64,000 nucleotides of DNA, from assembly GCF_021028975.2 (NCBI RefSeq), contig NC_059427.1, positions 70,308,001 to 70,372,000 on the forward strand. The letters are read 5' to 3'. Of this stretch, positions 39,950-52,985 are shown piece after piece (within the stretch, counting starts at the first letter, position 1; each line of letters starts with the position of its first letter). A program made the position numbers and the translations under genes. The notes under the pieces were generated by a model. That model was given only the letters and a program-made list of their open reading frames with translations. It ran no database searches and was not told where the DNA came from. The DNA is from Sphaerodactylus townsendi. Lineage: Eukaryota.

Positions 39950-42900
39950 CATTTGGAGAACGGTGGCAGGAAAGCGACCACATGGCTGCTTCCTCGGGTG
40001 CTTCCACATAGCAGGCATCGGATGCCCTCCTTGATCCCGCTTCTGGGTAGCTGTCAACTGCCCAGAATGCCCCTCAGCAATACAAATGCCCCCGGCTCCA
40101 CACAGTCGGCGGGAGACGCTTCCAAGATACGCGAACATCCTGCGGATCTCCCCACCGAGCTCGCCAACTGCGCGGGTGGCTGAGGGAAGTCATGGGCCCA
40201 ATTAGGGCGGAGCGCCCCAAAGGGTGGGGCCCCCGAGGAAGGAGACCCGGGCCGCAAGAGGGGCGGCCTGCCAGTGCGGCTTGACCAACAAGGGAGCCAC
40301 CGGGGTGCGCCGAGAGGGCAGAGGGGCTGCCAAAAGGCTGAGGGGGGCGGGGCCCTGCAGGGCCAGCAGCCGCAGCAGCCCCCCCCCCAGCATTCCCCCC
40401 CAGGAGTTGCTCGGCCAGTGGGCGGGGCTCACGCCCACACCTCCTCCTGCCCTCCTGGCGGGACTGCCGCACCTCACGCTGGAAAAAAAGGGCGGGAGAG
40501 AGAGGGCAGAATAAAGGCCGGAGAGGAAGAAGAGCGCATCTCCCTCAGTGACGGCGGCGAGACTAGGCGGCCGGCTGCTGCACACCCGCCCCGCCCCTCC
40601 GCTACCTTCTTCAACTTTACGCCGTCGGATCCTCCAGTTCTGCGGTGTGCCAAGAAACACAAAAAGTCGTAGCCGCAGTGACCACATGTTCAGACGTGAA
40701 CACTGAACCAGTCTGTAACGCGCACTCACACAATCTCTCTCTGCCGTCGTTTCCCCCTACAATAAGAACCTTCATTCCGCCCCAACTACTTTATGCATTT
40801 CGATGCAGGTCTACTCCTAAGTAAGGGAGTATCGCGTCTGCCAAACGGTTTAAGGTCCCGTCCCCTCCTTCCGCGCTGGTTCCAGAGATACCACTCGGGG
40901 CTCCTCCGGTCTAAGTGCCTCTCCCGTCTGAGGCCCGCTCGCATTTTGCCCTGGAGGCCGGGAAGCGCTTCTGCAGGGCGCCTAGTCCGACAAAAGGCAG
41001 CCAGCCTGGAGTCGCTGTCCGAAACCCCACGAGCCCTCCGGCCAGCTCCCATTCAAGCGTCTGGTTGTTGGCACCCAGACCGCAAACGCGGGTTTCATGG
41101 CTAGTGGCGCGGGACGCAGGGGATTCCGAGCCGCCCAGCGGGAGGGAGTCTGCCGTCCTGGCGCCTGCAAGACCTGCGGAGATGTCCCCCCGCCCCGCCC
41201 GCCCGCCCGCCCGCTCTCCAGCCTTTTGGCTTCTTTCTGTCGGCCGCATCCCCTTGACTTGTCACTTGGCACCCACACCTTCGAAGCTGTGCCTCTCCCA
41301 CCCCACCCGCCCTGCGATCCATCCCCAGCAGCTCGCCCCCGCAGATGGCAGCGACCACCAACTACGGACCCGGACCGATCGCGGCTGGATCGCCCTCCAG
41401 ACCCTCGCGCGCGGTCAGCTGCACGCACACACACACCCCGCTTCTACATCGTTGCCTTCTGGGGAAGAGCGGCAACAATGACACAACCGCAGCAAGATCG
41501 GGGCACACCTCCGGAGAAGGACAATTCCCAAATCAGCGAGGCCCGCGGTTCGCTCCCCCTCCCCCTTTCTGGATTCCTGCTCAACTTTCCGAGCGCAGAG
41601 GCGGAAAAGATCGCTGCAGACGCTGTCACTTCTTGGGCAGAAATGGGTGAAGGGGCCGCCCGCTGAAAGTTTGCTGCTTCGAACAGTTCTCGTCTCGCTC
41701 CCTTGGCCTGGATGCGGGTGCGACAACCCCCTCCCCCCCACACACACACTAAACCCGTCGGAGCAAATGGCACGAAGAGAGAGCGGCACCACTGGGCGAA
41801 GCGAGAGTGGATCCGGCACCCGCTGTCGCCCCGGGATAAATCAGCACCCCCCCCCCCAACCCGCCCCCCTCCAGGCCTTCCATCCTCTTTTCCACGGACC
41901 AGGCGATGGTGCCCCTGCCGGCGCACAGACCCGCCCAAACGCAAAAGGTTGCTCTTTCGGCACAGACCCTGAAGTCGCTCCCCGCAGTCGGCAACGAAAA
42001 AGGGCTGGAAAGGTGGAGGAACTCCCCGCGGCCCCAGCTAGGCACGGGCTTACCTTTGTGGGTGGAGGCAGAGCAGCAGCGGCCAAAGGCGCCGGTTTTG
42101 CTGCGGGCTGGTCGGATCCGCGGAGCGCTCCCGGCTCCCAACTCCCAAGCCAAGAAAGGAGCGGAACCCCCTACGGCCGCTCGAGGGGCATTTCTCTACA
42201 GCTGTCTTGGGAGCGGCGTCCCACCGCCAGCCCCTCTCTTCGCCCGCCCCAAACTGAAGAGGGTGCCCCTCCAATCCGGCCACAGGACCGTCCGGATCCC
42301 GAACTTCGGATTCAGGACCCCACCAGATCTCTTCTCCAATCCATGGAGACGCTCAATTTACAGCCGAGCCGGTGCTGGAGGCGGCCAACAGGCTGGGATT
42401 CCTTCGCAGCGGAGCGGCGGGCTGGACTTTCCGCGGCTCCTCTGGACGCGGCTTGTCCGATGGGAAAGGCGCACTTGCCCCCTCCAAGTTCTCGCTGCCG
42501 GCCGGGAAGATCGACAGGAGCTTACGAGCGCAGGAGGCAAAAAAGGAGGAGAAAATAATAATTAATACGACTACTGCCTGCTTAGGGGGGAAAGGGGGGG
42601 GAGCCACCCTCCCCGGACAAAAAAAATCCCCTCTCTCACACTGAACACCCCAGTCCTATTCAGTCAATTGGCTTCTACGCTTGCGATTTGCATAGCCCCG
42701 CCCCGTCCCCACCTCCTCGGGCGGTGCAGGGGGGAGCCGGACCCATCGGCGCTCTCCTCCGTGCCGCCACCTCTTGCCCCACCTGTCCCGCCCCTCCCCT
42801 GTGCTGGGTTTGGCTGGGCGGCGGGATCTGGAGCTCCGGGTGTCAGGTGGGCTAGCGACTCTCCCGGGGGAACGAGGGGCTTGTCCTTCTCGGGTTCGGC

Positions 42901-43150
42901 TCAGTGTGAGCTCCCCGCGACACCTCCTCTAGCCCTGGTCCCTCTTTGCCGGTGCCCCCACCGCCATCACTTTCCAAAAGCGAAAGAAACGCGGTCCTCC
43001 AATAAAACCAGACGCATCGTCCCTTTTGTGTGCCTGCCTCGCCTCTCTTCCCACCTAGCTCCGCGCTCTCAGGCAGGGGGCTCTGAAATCTGGAGGGAGC
43101 TTGAGGTAGACCGAACAGGCGTCGGGGGAAATGGGGATAATAAATAAATA
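39950..43150. promoter_or_regulatory. SEMA3F: CpG island and SEMA3F promoter
   Basis: Sharp rise in GC and CpG density over ~3.2 kb against CpG-depleted flanks. GC boxes at ~42696 and ~42788, CCAAT on the minus strand at ~42667-42671. Lies upstream of the coding exon. Confidence 0.88.
42054..42640 (-). other. SEMA3F: Probable non-coding exon 1 of SEMA3F (5' boundary uncertain)
   Basis: Strong donor CAAAG|GTAAGC at 42054/42053 downstream of the CCAAT/GC boxes. The coding exon has an acceptor, so an upstream exon is required. Confidence 0.6.
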
Positions 43151-44189
43151 AATCGGGTCCTTTGTCTGTGCCTGAGTTATTCTGTGGATTGCAAGGGAGT
43201 GTCTTGCCTCCCATGGGGGGTGGGGAGAGGGTGGATGGGGGCGAGAGACAGAAGGTTTGGGAGGGGGGTTGAAGTGAGACAAGAAGAAAGGCAGAAAGCA
43301 AAAGGAAGAAGGAAGCATAAGGGAGCAAGAGGAGGAATGGCAGAGGTAGGGTGTGAGGGAACAACGGGGCCCTGGCTTTGTAATATTGCAGAATCCACCC
43401 AGGCGGATCCTTCAACAAATATCCGACAACAAAGAAAACTCTGTGTAAATGACAGCAAGAGAAAGTGTTATCTCTCCCCACCCACCCCAACACCTCCTTC
43501 CCTTCAGCAGCTTTGGAAAGCCACGTTAACCCTTTTGTGGATCCGTAGATGGGTGGGGATAAAGCAGTGCCCAGAGATTGAAGTGAAACTGGGAAGGTGT
43601 GTCAGGAGCCTAACAGAAAGGTGACAGGCAGGTTTCATTGCTCTAGTTCTAGGCATCTGTTTTTCTTGCATTTTTAAAAGTAGAGATCGTCCAGCCAGCA
43701 TTTCTTCAGGGGAATGCTAGACGACTTTGAGGTATATCCATGCATGACCCTCATTTAAGATTTGTTCCACCTTCAGAGTTAAAATAAAGCCAGGTGTCTG
43801 TCTGTAAAGAGCAAGATGGCTTCACTGCACTTAAAGCAGATTCGTTGTTCCCCATCTGGCTGCATATCATGATGAGTGAGGAAAATCTTGTTCCCTCTCC
43901 CATAAATACTGTATAGACTGAAGAATGCTTGACAAAAAAAAGTTTTAATTGACATTTGTGCTCACTCATAACACCTGACAGTTTTCTACATGGAGATAAT
44001 CTGTACATTATTGTCTTCCTGACCTGTGCACTTGCAGCAAACAGGATGATTCCTAGCATACAGGCTTTTCCCTATGCAGTGGATATTATTTCTATGTAGG
44101 ATCAAGATTTTAGTTATGATGAGACTGGGGAAATTATTAAAGATGGAAAAACTGATATTCCTCACTGAAGCCTGGCAGTGATTGACCAG

Positions 44190-44842
44190 CCAAGAAAAGT
44201 TGGTTTTTATACCACACTTTTCTCTACCTTTAAGGAATCTCAGAGCAGCTTACAATTGCTTTCCCTTCCCGTCCCCAAAACAAGCACCTTGTGAGGCTGA
44301 AAGAGTTCACAGAGAGCTGTGACCATGGCCAATAATTCATTGGTGTGCTGCCGTGCAGTGAAGGTAAGTTTCCTCCAGGGCAGAGATTTCTGTGCGGAAG
44401 CAATCCTTCTTGTGGTACCAATGATCCTGGAAACCCTATGGTTAGTGAGAGCAGGGAAATCCCTGATGTTCCCCTTTGCTTTTGGAGTTTCACTCCTTCC
44501 AGGTCACTCCCCCATCCAAGGCAAGATTGAAGATTGCTGGCTTAATGGGCTAAAACAAGGGCATCAATCTTCAATCTTGTGTAGGACAGGGAAGCGACCT
44601 GGAAGTGGAGGCAGGCAAGCTGTGCAAAGCACACAGCAGGCAGTTGGGCACCTCCTCATGTGCAAACAAGGAAACACAAGACCCTACTGTGAAAGCACTG
44701 TGGGGCTAGGAGCACTGCGGCAAATGCTCAATGCACAATGGGCCTGTGACCCAAGGTCACCCAGCAGGCTTCATGTGGAGGAGGAGGGAGAACAAATCTG
44801 ATTCGCCAGATTTGAGTTCTCTCTCTTAACCACTACACCATG
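44190..44842 (-). mobile_element. Squam3-like SINE interrupted by a palindromic MITE (44327-44744)
   Basis: SINE tail and body at 44190-44326, head at 44745-44842. The insert has GGCCAATAATTCATTG / CAATGCACAATGGGCC termini and internal hairpins. Confidence 0.75.
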
Positions 44843-45564
44843 TGGGCCAAGAGACCTGCATGGAGATCCAAGTGACAGGTTCTGGCCTAAGGCTAAGCAA
44901 GGAAGAATGCATAATTCCTCTGCCTCTTCCCCCACCCCCCTCTGCCTGTTTGCCTTTCACATAAATGAATAATTCACATGCACACTCCTAGCAAAAGGTA
45001 TCTTCTCTTCCTCACAGTTAACTAAAAGCTGAAGGAACTTTCTGTAGCAGTTCTGGATGTACTGGCCTCTGTTAACAGCAGGAGGGGGATCAGGACATTT
45101 CAACATCAGATATACTTTCAAAGCATCCCCAGATCAATTAACTTTCAGCCATCTCTCAAGTAACTGTGTTTAGGTTCAGGACCACCACTTCTCACTGAAG
45201 TTAGCTTTTGCAAAACACCACCTCTGATCATCAGAAAAGGACTCTCTAGAATAGTGACCAGATTGAGGTCTTGGCTAAGCTGCTCCAGTGGGTAATATCT
45301 AAAGGCACAGTTTACTTCCTATTAATAAGCAGTGCAAAACGGTTCTCTTAAATCATAGAACTTATGATTTCTACACAAGTTGGATACCTAATGTAGTCGA
45401 ATGAAAGAAGGGAATTTAGAAGGAAAGCTGTCTAGCCATGCAAGTAAGCATTCAACAGCCACACAGAACAAATTCAGGGCCTCTTTCTTATCAGTACTTA
45501 CTGTGATAAAAACATGTAAAAAGAACTGTAAAATATGTAAAATATGTAAAAGGCATAAGACTGG

Positions 45565-45830
45565 AGAAGGGCAAATGTTATCCCAATTGTCAAAAAAGGG
45601 AGGGGGGGGGTGACCCAGGAAACTACAGGCCAGTCAGTCCCATCTCTGTTCCAAGGAAGATAGTGGATCAGATTTTTACAGGGATCAATCCTCAAACATC
45701 TGAAAGGACAATTTTGTGAACCAGGGAAGTCAGCACAGATTTGTCCTCAACAGGTTCTGCCAGGCCAACCTTGATTCCTTCTTTGATCATGTGACCAGCT
45801 TACTGGATCAAGGGAATGCTATCACTGGGT
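45565..45830 (+). mobile_element. CR1 LINE RT fragment
   Basis: WRRANVIPIVKKG...DPGNYRPVS and SQHRFVLNRFCQANLDSFFDHVTSLLDQGNA. Confidence 0.85.
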
Positions 45831-48800
45831 TTCAGCAAAGGAGTGATGGTGAACCTTTTGGACTTGGCATGTCAAAAAGTCAGAAAATGCCTAACTTGCC
45901 TGAGCTGGTTTGTCACCCCCCTGCCCCAAACAAAACAGAAACAATTCTTTACACATTTATTAAAAAAATACAGTCCAATCACATGTGGTGCTATGTATTA
46001 TATAAAGAAATGTCAAATAACAAAAATGACTCAGATAGGGAGAATAGTTGTTGTCAGGTGCTGGTGAACACTGGGTTGTCACTAAAAATGTTTTATCCCC
46101 AGTGTACTAGATAATAAAGTTGATTATACACGAAGAGACCTCCAGCCATGCTAAAGTCTGCACACAATTAACTTCCTACATTGTGGGTAGTTTGGATGGG
46201 AGGTTGCTGTTATAAGTATGGTAAAAGTGTTGAGTGGAAAAAAAAGCATTTAAAGAAAATATTGGAAAGATGAATGATAGATAGGCAGATTACACATTAT
46301 GGAATATTTATTTATTTTATTTATTATTTAGATTTTTATACCGCCCAATCCGCGGGGGCTCTGAATACATAGATTCAATGTGGAGTCTCCACTCTGTGTC
46401 AGATGTAATACCGTCAGATGAGAAAACAGGTTCTCATCAATTCTCACATGTACAAGGCCCAATTTGAGCCAGGGATATAGCGTGTACAGTGAAGTGGCTT
46501 CAGCCTTCCCCTCTTTTTCCAACCTGAAACTATCTCAGGGGATGCTACATGGGAAACCCACATGTTCTCAGGAATAAATTAGTCTTCTCCAACAGGTCAA
46601 ACAAGCTTCTGGTACATCTTTTGTTTACTTGTTTATTGTATGACATGAATGCACAAACTCAGTTCAAGAAGCACATAGAGAAAACACAGGATTTAAAACG
46701 TCTAATTTTATGGGGGAAACAATCATCCTTCCAAATAACTATAAAGTTCTGCAAAATGCATATGTAAGGTTGCAGCCCTGGGGAATGAACAGAATTAGAC
46801 TTTTGAATAGGCCTGTTTAGGATTATTCTCTGACCTTCCAAAAGAAAGCTGCAAAGCTGTGTAACTGTTGGACCAGTGCTGCAGTGATATCAGCCCAGTG
46901 TACCACTGGTGCCAACACAGAAAAGGGCATGCCAGGGTGGACTCCTAAGCCTCCTTAGCCTAAGCCATACTCTCAGCACCAGCCTGATGTTATGCCAGCA
47001 ATAGTCCCATCATGACTTTTAAAATCCCCATACATATATGCAAGGGGAACTGCACCTGCCCCCATAGCTTTCAATTAACACCACCCGGCCTCAGGTAAAG
47101 TGCAAAATGTTTAGAATGCAGCCAATCATAGTCCCAATAAGCACTCTCTATACTCCATTATCTGCCTTGGTTTCAGAACTCCACCTTGGTCAATACATTT
47201 GAGTGTGAATTGAATCTCAGCTGGGTCTTGATACATAGGGATTGGTTCCCACTCCCACCCCCTGCTCATTATTAACCTCCACCGGTGTCCAATGTTTGTA
47301 CAGGCATGGTCTTGCTGTGTGCACTTGGCAAAAGGAAACACAGTTGCAGGAGGGGGTCTGAACTCACAGTTGAGGAGGGCATAATTAGTGTCCATGGACT
47401 CCTTCCCTTCCATTCACATCACCATCCTCTTTGCTATATCCCCTTGTGCTTTCCCTTGTTGTTTTCTGCATGTGGATACTTGTGGACTGACACTGGGACA
47501 TGGAGGGGGAGTTTGCAATCAGAATGTGGCATGGACTGTTTCTATCCCTGCCTGCCATGGTTGTGCCATGGTTGATAGGTTGTGGTGGGGTTGCTGTGAA
47601 CTCTGGTGAAGTTGCTATGCACTCTTTACCTTGGTGTGGGATCGTTCATTTACTTTTCTCTTCTGCAAAGTGGGCATAAGATATTGAGTAGTGGTGCAAG
47701 TGCATGCCTGTGTCAGCAGTGTGTCGGTGTCTACGTATAGGTCTATAACACAGCTACCCCTTTGCAGTCCTGTCATACACAAAGTATGATACATGCTATC
47801 TAATACAAACTTTTTGTTGTTGTTGGGTTTGGTGGAAGGCTGTTTCCTTATATTAAAAATAACTTCCACTTTAAATCCCAGAGAAGAATCCAGATAAAAA
47901 GAGGAAATTGTGTGTAAGTCGAAAAAAGAGATCTGTTATTTTCATTTACACATGGAAAGACTTCAGTGCTCTGTAAAATTACTCAGAGACAAGTCATATT
48001 GTGTTCAGTGGAATGTTCTTACTGTCATACGTATGTAGGGTTGCAGTCATGCAGCAGAGCATTAAGCATGTTAATTCAGAATTAAATCCCACTGAGTTCT
48101 AGGAGCTTAATTCCTAATAAGTTTGTTTGAGATTGCAGACATAGTAAATGACACCTCTGTGTGACCTGTATAACCTATATGGGCTATGTTGTATGTGCTG
48201 TACCTAATGTTGTATTAGGCATACTAATACTATTTGTTTTTATTGTGAATTGTAGAAGTTACCTTTATTCATTTCATTTTAGGAAAATCAGCTGTCAAAC
48301 AGTACCATAATACGTGTTTTTGGCACATGCCAAGGGGTACCAAGATATATTTTCACATAGAAGAGTGCCATCTATTGGTTTCCTAACACTATTTCTTAGT
48401 GTCTCCCTCACAGCTGTTTCAGTGTGGCATGAACCAAACTCAGACAGGTTTTAAAATGTGGAGGAAATCAGGCAGCACTACATAAATGCTTTTTTAAACA
48501 TTCTAAGACCAATATGCTGCACAAATCTATGGTACAGCCTTTTGATCTCTTCATTAATATGTTCACCTTGTCCCTAAAACAGATAACAGTTGAAAAAATT
48601 ATTAAAGTTCCCGAGAAGGGAAACGAAAAGCACCAGTGACATGATTCCGTAGAAGGAGAGATTAAAAATGCGAGGGCTAGGAAACGGGCAGGAGGGAGGA
48701 TGACAGGAGAATAACAAGTAAGGAATGAGATAAAGAAGGCCAATCAGGCATTCCAGTTTACCTTCCCCAAAGCACTAGAATTCAAAGGTGCCCTGGCAGG

Positions 48801-48974
48801 TGTCCGTTCATGTATTACCTACTGAGAAGGATGAGATAGAAAGAATAATAATGAGCAAAATCGTGCATGTTCCAACTGTCATACAGTATAGTGGAGGTGA
48901 ATAAGAACCAAGGCACCTGAGCGACCCAAATCTGACTGTTTAAAAGTGAGAAGGCTTTCATTAAGGTTTTCATT

Positions 48975-49440
48975 GTTTATTTTATTTATTTTTAAATTTA
49001 TATCCCGCCCTTCCCAACAGGGCTCAGGGCGGCGAACATGAATATAACCAGATAAAACAGTGCAATAAAACAATGTATACAAACAGCCATGCCAATTAAA
49101 ACTTACAACAGTAAATTAATAAATAAGCAGATGGTGTTAAAACCCCATAAAAACCCGATAAAAGACACCCATGGGAGGCTATGATGTTCTGGTCAGGCCG
49201 GCTGGCAAGATCTAAAAGCCTGGTGGAAGAGCTTGGTCTTACAGGCTCTGTGGAACTCACCGATGTCCCACAAGGCCCTAATCTCGATTGGGAGCTCATT
49301 CCACCAGGTGAGGGCCAGGGCCGAAAAAACCCTGGCCCTAGTAGTGGCCAGCTGGACCTGTTTTGGGCTGGGAGCCTCCAGCAAATTCCCCCCGATGAAC
49401 GGAGGGGTCTAGAGGGGCAATATGGGGAGAGGAGGTTTAT
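48975..49440 (-). mobile_element. L2-like LINE 3' fragment
   Basis: LEAPSPKQVQLATTRARVFSALALTWWNELPIEIRALWDIGEFHRACKTKLF plus the characteristic 3' end. Confidence 0.88.
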
Positions 49441-50660
49441 TTGAGCATGAGAACCATGGCCGATCTATTCTGATAATCTTTGGGAGTATTCTTTCCTATG
49501 CTATTCCTCTTACACCAATATTGTATTTCCTATACTAGACATTTATCATGCCATTGTACAACAATTCTAAGAATGAAAAAGAAGCAGAGAAGATTATACC
49601 AAACACTGAACGCACTGAATGCAACCCAAACCTAATTCATGGAAAGTCACTTTAAATAAATAAACATGGTTGGGAAGCTGTATGAATGAGAACAGAAACA
49701 CCAACGGTCTCTGCATTCTCAGAGGCTGAAATGTGGAAAGAAAAAAAAATCCAAAATGCTTTGTACTCATAGATGCCTTAAATTTAGGAGGATACTTTCT
49801 TAAGTAAATAATAACTAAAGGGGAGAATTTTAAAGTATTTTTTTTTGTTTGGCTTTGCAGATGTGTTATTTCTATTCACTGGTTGCTAGAGCTGAACAGC
49901 CTGATCAACATTGTCTGTTTAAATCAACAGTACTCACTCTGTGGCTCTCAGAGAGCCATATATGCAATTACCACCAACCAAAACAGTTACAAAACTACCA
50001 TATGCCCTGTGTGCCACCCCACCAAACACACAAATAAAATAACTGTACTAAATATACAATCAGTTTAATTAACAGAATTCTTCTGTGTACTCCTTTCCCC
50101 ACTGCTGTTGAACCTTTGCCAGGGAAAGGAAAGGACTTCCATCTCTGACTGAGGCACAGAATCACAGGCAAAAAATGACACCGCCAAGGGGTCTGGAAGA
50201 GAACAAGCTGGTTATAGCTAGGTTGCTCTCTTCTCTATAACTGTCATGGGGGTGATTGTGGTTTTACTATCTCTGGTACATGGTCATGTTGCTATCCTTG
50301 CAAGAGTTGCCCAAGTAATGGGAAGAGAGTGGAGAGGCAGCTGAAAGGAGTGGGAGAATTTCTGATGAGGAAGGGCTCTTTACTTCCACCCCTAGCATAG
50401 GGTCTGTGTTGCCAGAACAAAGAAGTGGCAGACTCGCTGATTAAAAGTAATGGGAAATGTCTGTTAGGGGACATTTCAGACAGGATAGCCTCCAGGTCCC
50501 TTACTAGCTAAACAGAGACTTTTGAGAAGAAGGAAGAAAACCTGAGATTATCAGTCTAAAGACAGACAAGAAAATGATGGAAAGATTTCTAACCTGACAG
50601 CCCTATCTAGCTGATCTCTTGCCTACCCCTTGCTGAATCTTCTTCTCAGTTCCTTCCTGT

Positions 50661-51790
50661 GTTGCCAACACCCCTTCTCAAGGTCTCATGTGCAAAGTCT
50701 ACAAGATTCAGCTTCTTATGTAAACTTTCAGACTTGACTCCTGGTAAGGACTTGGTGAACACATCTGCGATAATTTCTTTTATATTATAATATTGCAACT
50801 TAACAGGCCCATCTTCGCACATTATCCACGAGATGATGCTTTGCATCCATGTGTTTGGTTCTGGAGTTTATCTTCTTCATCTGTGCAAGTTTTATGCATC
50901 CCGAGTTGTCTTCAAAGAATTGCATGGGTTTGGTTTCATCTATCCCAAAGTTCTGTATAAGTTGCAGTAACCATTTAAACCATTTCCATGCCTCAGCTGC
51001 AGGTACTTATTTGACTTTAGTTGATGGTAATGTTAATCTTTCTTGCTTTCTGCTACTCCAACTGAATGCTCTGCCTCCCCAAAAGAACAGGTGTCCACAG
51101 GTTGACTTTCTATCCCTTGTATCTTCTGCCCAGTCTTGCATTCATGTATCTCACCAGCCATCTCACCAGGGATTGGGGCTTGTTGGCAACTTTAATTTTA
51201 GACTAGTAGTGCCATGTAGATATCTGGCAAATCTCTTGACAGAATTCCAGTCTCTTGTGTTTGGTGACTCAGTCTTTTTGCACAACATTCCCACAGCTGC
51301 AGATATATCAAGGTGTGTAAGTGTGTTTATATACAGTAATTTCCCAACTGCTTCTCTGTAGTGCTTGTTGTCAAGTAGAAGTTTACTGCTTCCTTCTTGA
51401 TTAAAATAATCTGTTTCCATAGGAAACTCATTTATCATCTTTTATATTCATTAAAGGAATTCTAAGATTTTCTGCTTTGGTTACTAAGATAATAGTAGAT
51501 GTTTCCACATTGTTTAACTTCCACAATTTGATTCAAATGCTGAACAATTTTATCACAGTCCTCTTTGCTTTCATAGAACATCTGCATATATCAAAACGTG
51601 AGTCCATTTGTTGTCTCTATCTTGAGTACAGGCAAGGTTCTGCTTTGCCTTGTTCAAATCCTTTGGTGAGCATTTGATGATGTTTCTCATTCTAACATCT
51701 GACGACTTGTTTTAATCCATAGATGCTCAAAATCCTGTGATTGTTCATATGGGCTTCTTCCTTTATTTTGGCAGAAATAAGATATCTTGG
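50661..51790 (-). mobile_element. Ty1/Copia LTR retrotransposon relic (RT-RNaseH, PPT, start of 3' LTR)
   Basis: YREAVGKLLYINTLTHLDISAAVGMLC...WNSVKRFARYLHGT (Copia RT) and KLQYYNIKEIIADVFTKSL (Copia RNase H). Polypurine tract GAGAAGGGG is followed by TGTTGG at 50670. Confidence 0.88.
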
Positions 51791-51877
51791 AGTTGTTTTA
51801 GAAAGTGTTTTGGGGAAGAAGTTCACACAACTCTCTCCTTCAAAATGTCTGCAAACATTTTGTTTCTCTCAATCCAG

Positions 51878-52380
51878 GGCCGTTTCCGCATGGCGACGAT
51901 CGGGCTTGGGTCGGCGTATTCCACACCGACTCAACCCCCCCGGGACCGTTCGCACGAATGGTCCCAGAAACAGCCGGGAAGACGGCGCCGTGGAGCGCCA
52001 TAGCCTGACCGACCTGCCATGTCTGTGGCTGTCCGGTGTGTCGCCGAGGCCTGGGACATGCCCCCCTGCCCTGCGCGACTGCTCTGGTGTCGCAGGGCAG
52101 GGAAGCATGTCCCCAGGCCTCAGCGACGCGCCGGACGGCCAAGGACATGGTAGGAAAACAGGGGGGAGGGGAGGGAGGGTGTCTTGGAGCCGCTGCCCAG
52201 CCACCATTTTTCGAAAACCTCGCTTCCTAAGCGAGGTCGGAAAACGGCGGCTTAGCACCAGTCGGGCGGAGCGAGGGCTGTGCGGCTGCGAAGCAGCTGC
52301 GCCCCCGGTGCCAATGGCTCCCTGGGGACGGCGTTTTTGCTGTCCCCAGGGCGCCATATTCAGCCCGTGTGGAAGGGGCC
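51878..52380. mobile_element. PIF/Harbinger-like MITE, CpG-rich (probably young)
   Basis: TIRs GGCCGTTTCCGCATGG / CCGTGTGGAAGGGGCC, 3-bp TSD CAG/CAG, internal hairpins. Confidence 0.78.
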
Positions 52381-52519
52381 CAGGTTTTTTAAAAATCGCT
52401 AAACTAGTGATATTTTCCCAACCTGCATTGAAGATCTTTCCTGCCTGCTGAGTGAGCAAAAGCAGGCAGAAAACACTTTATTTCTGCTGCCCAAACCTTA
52501 CTTTCATTTTTGCCGCTTA

Positions 52520-52985
52520 CACCCGCTATTTTGTGTGCTTCAGCAGAGATTCTCAGAAGGTTCCCCACTGAGATTTCCTCTGCTTGCAGCTCATCCATGG
52601 ATGATTTCCCTGTAAAAAGGAGATGAATAAAGTTCATTTTGCCTAGCAATCCCATGCATGTCCCATTTCCCCCCCCCTTTTTTTGTTTTGAGGGGGATGT
52701 CTGAGAAGCTATGGTTACACAATTAGAGAAGCTGAAATATGCGCATATTTGTGTTGCTGTAGTTTTGCAGGCATCTCCCTCAAAACAGACATCCCACTCA
52801 AAACAACAACAAAATGGAAAAGGAAATGTGTGCAGGATCACTAGGCAAAGCAAACTTTATTCATCTCCTTTTTACACAGAAATCACACATGGATGAGCTA
52901 CAAGCAGAGGAAACCTTAGTGGAAAACCTTCACCAAATGGCGAAGGCAGGGAGAATCTTTGCAGCAGCACACAAAATGGTTGGCG
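52520..52985. repeat. Long diverged inverted repeat (foldback or MITE-like)
   Basis: ~52527-52670 is the reverse complement of ~52820-52980. Both strands translate to FIHLLFTxKSxMDELQAEE. Confidence 0.8.

Noticed and set aside
40074-43500. Many long overlapping ORFs (up to 303 aa) on both strands
   Set aside because: Expected in a GC-rich CpG island with few stop codons; low-complexity P/R/G/A composition and no recognisable domain.
51741-52459. 236-aa and 196-aa ORFs
   Set aside because: They span a GC-rich MITE and show no transposase motifs.
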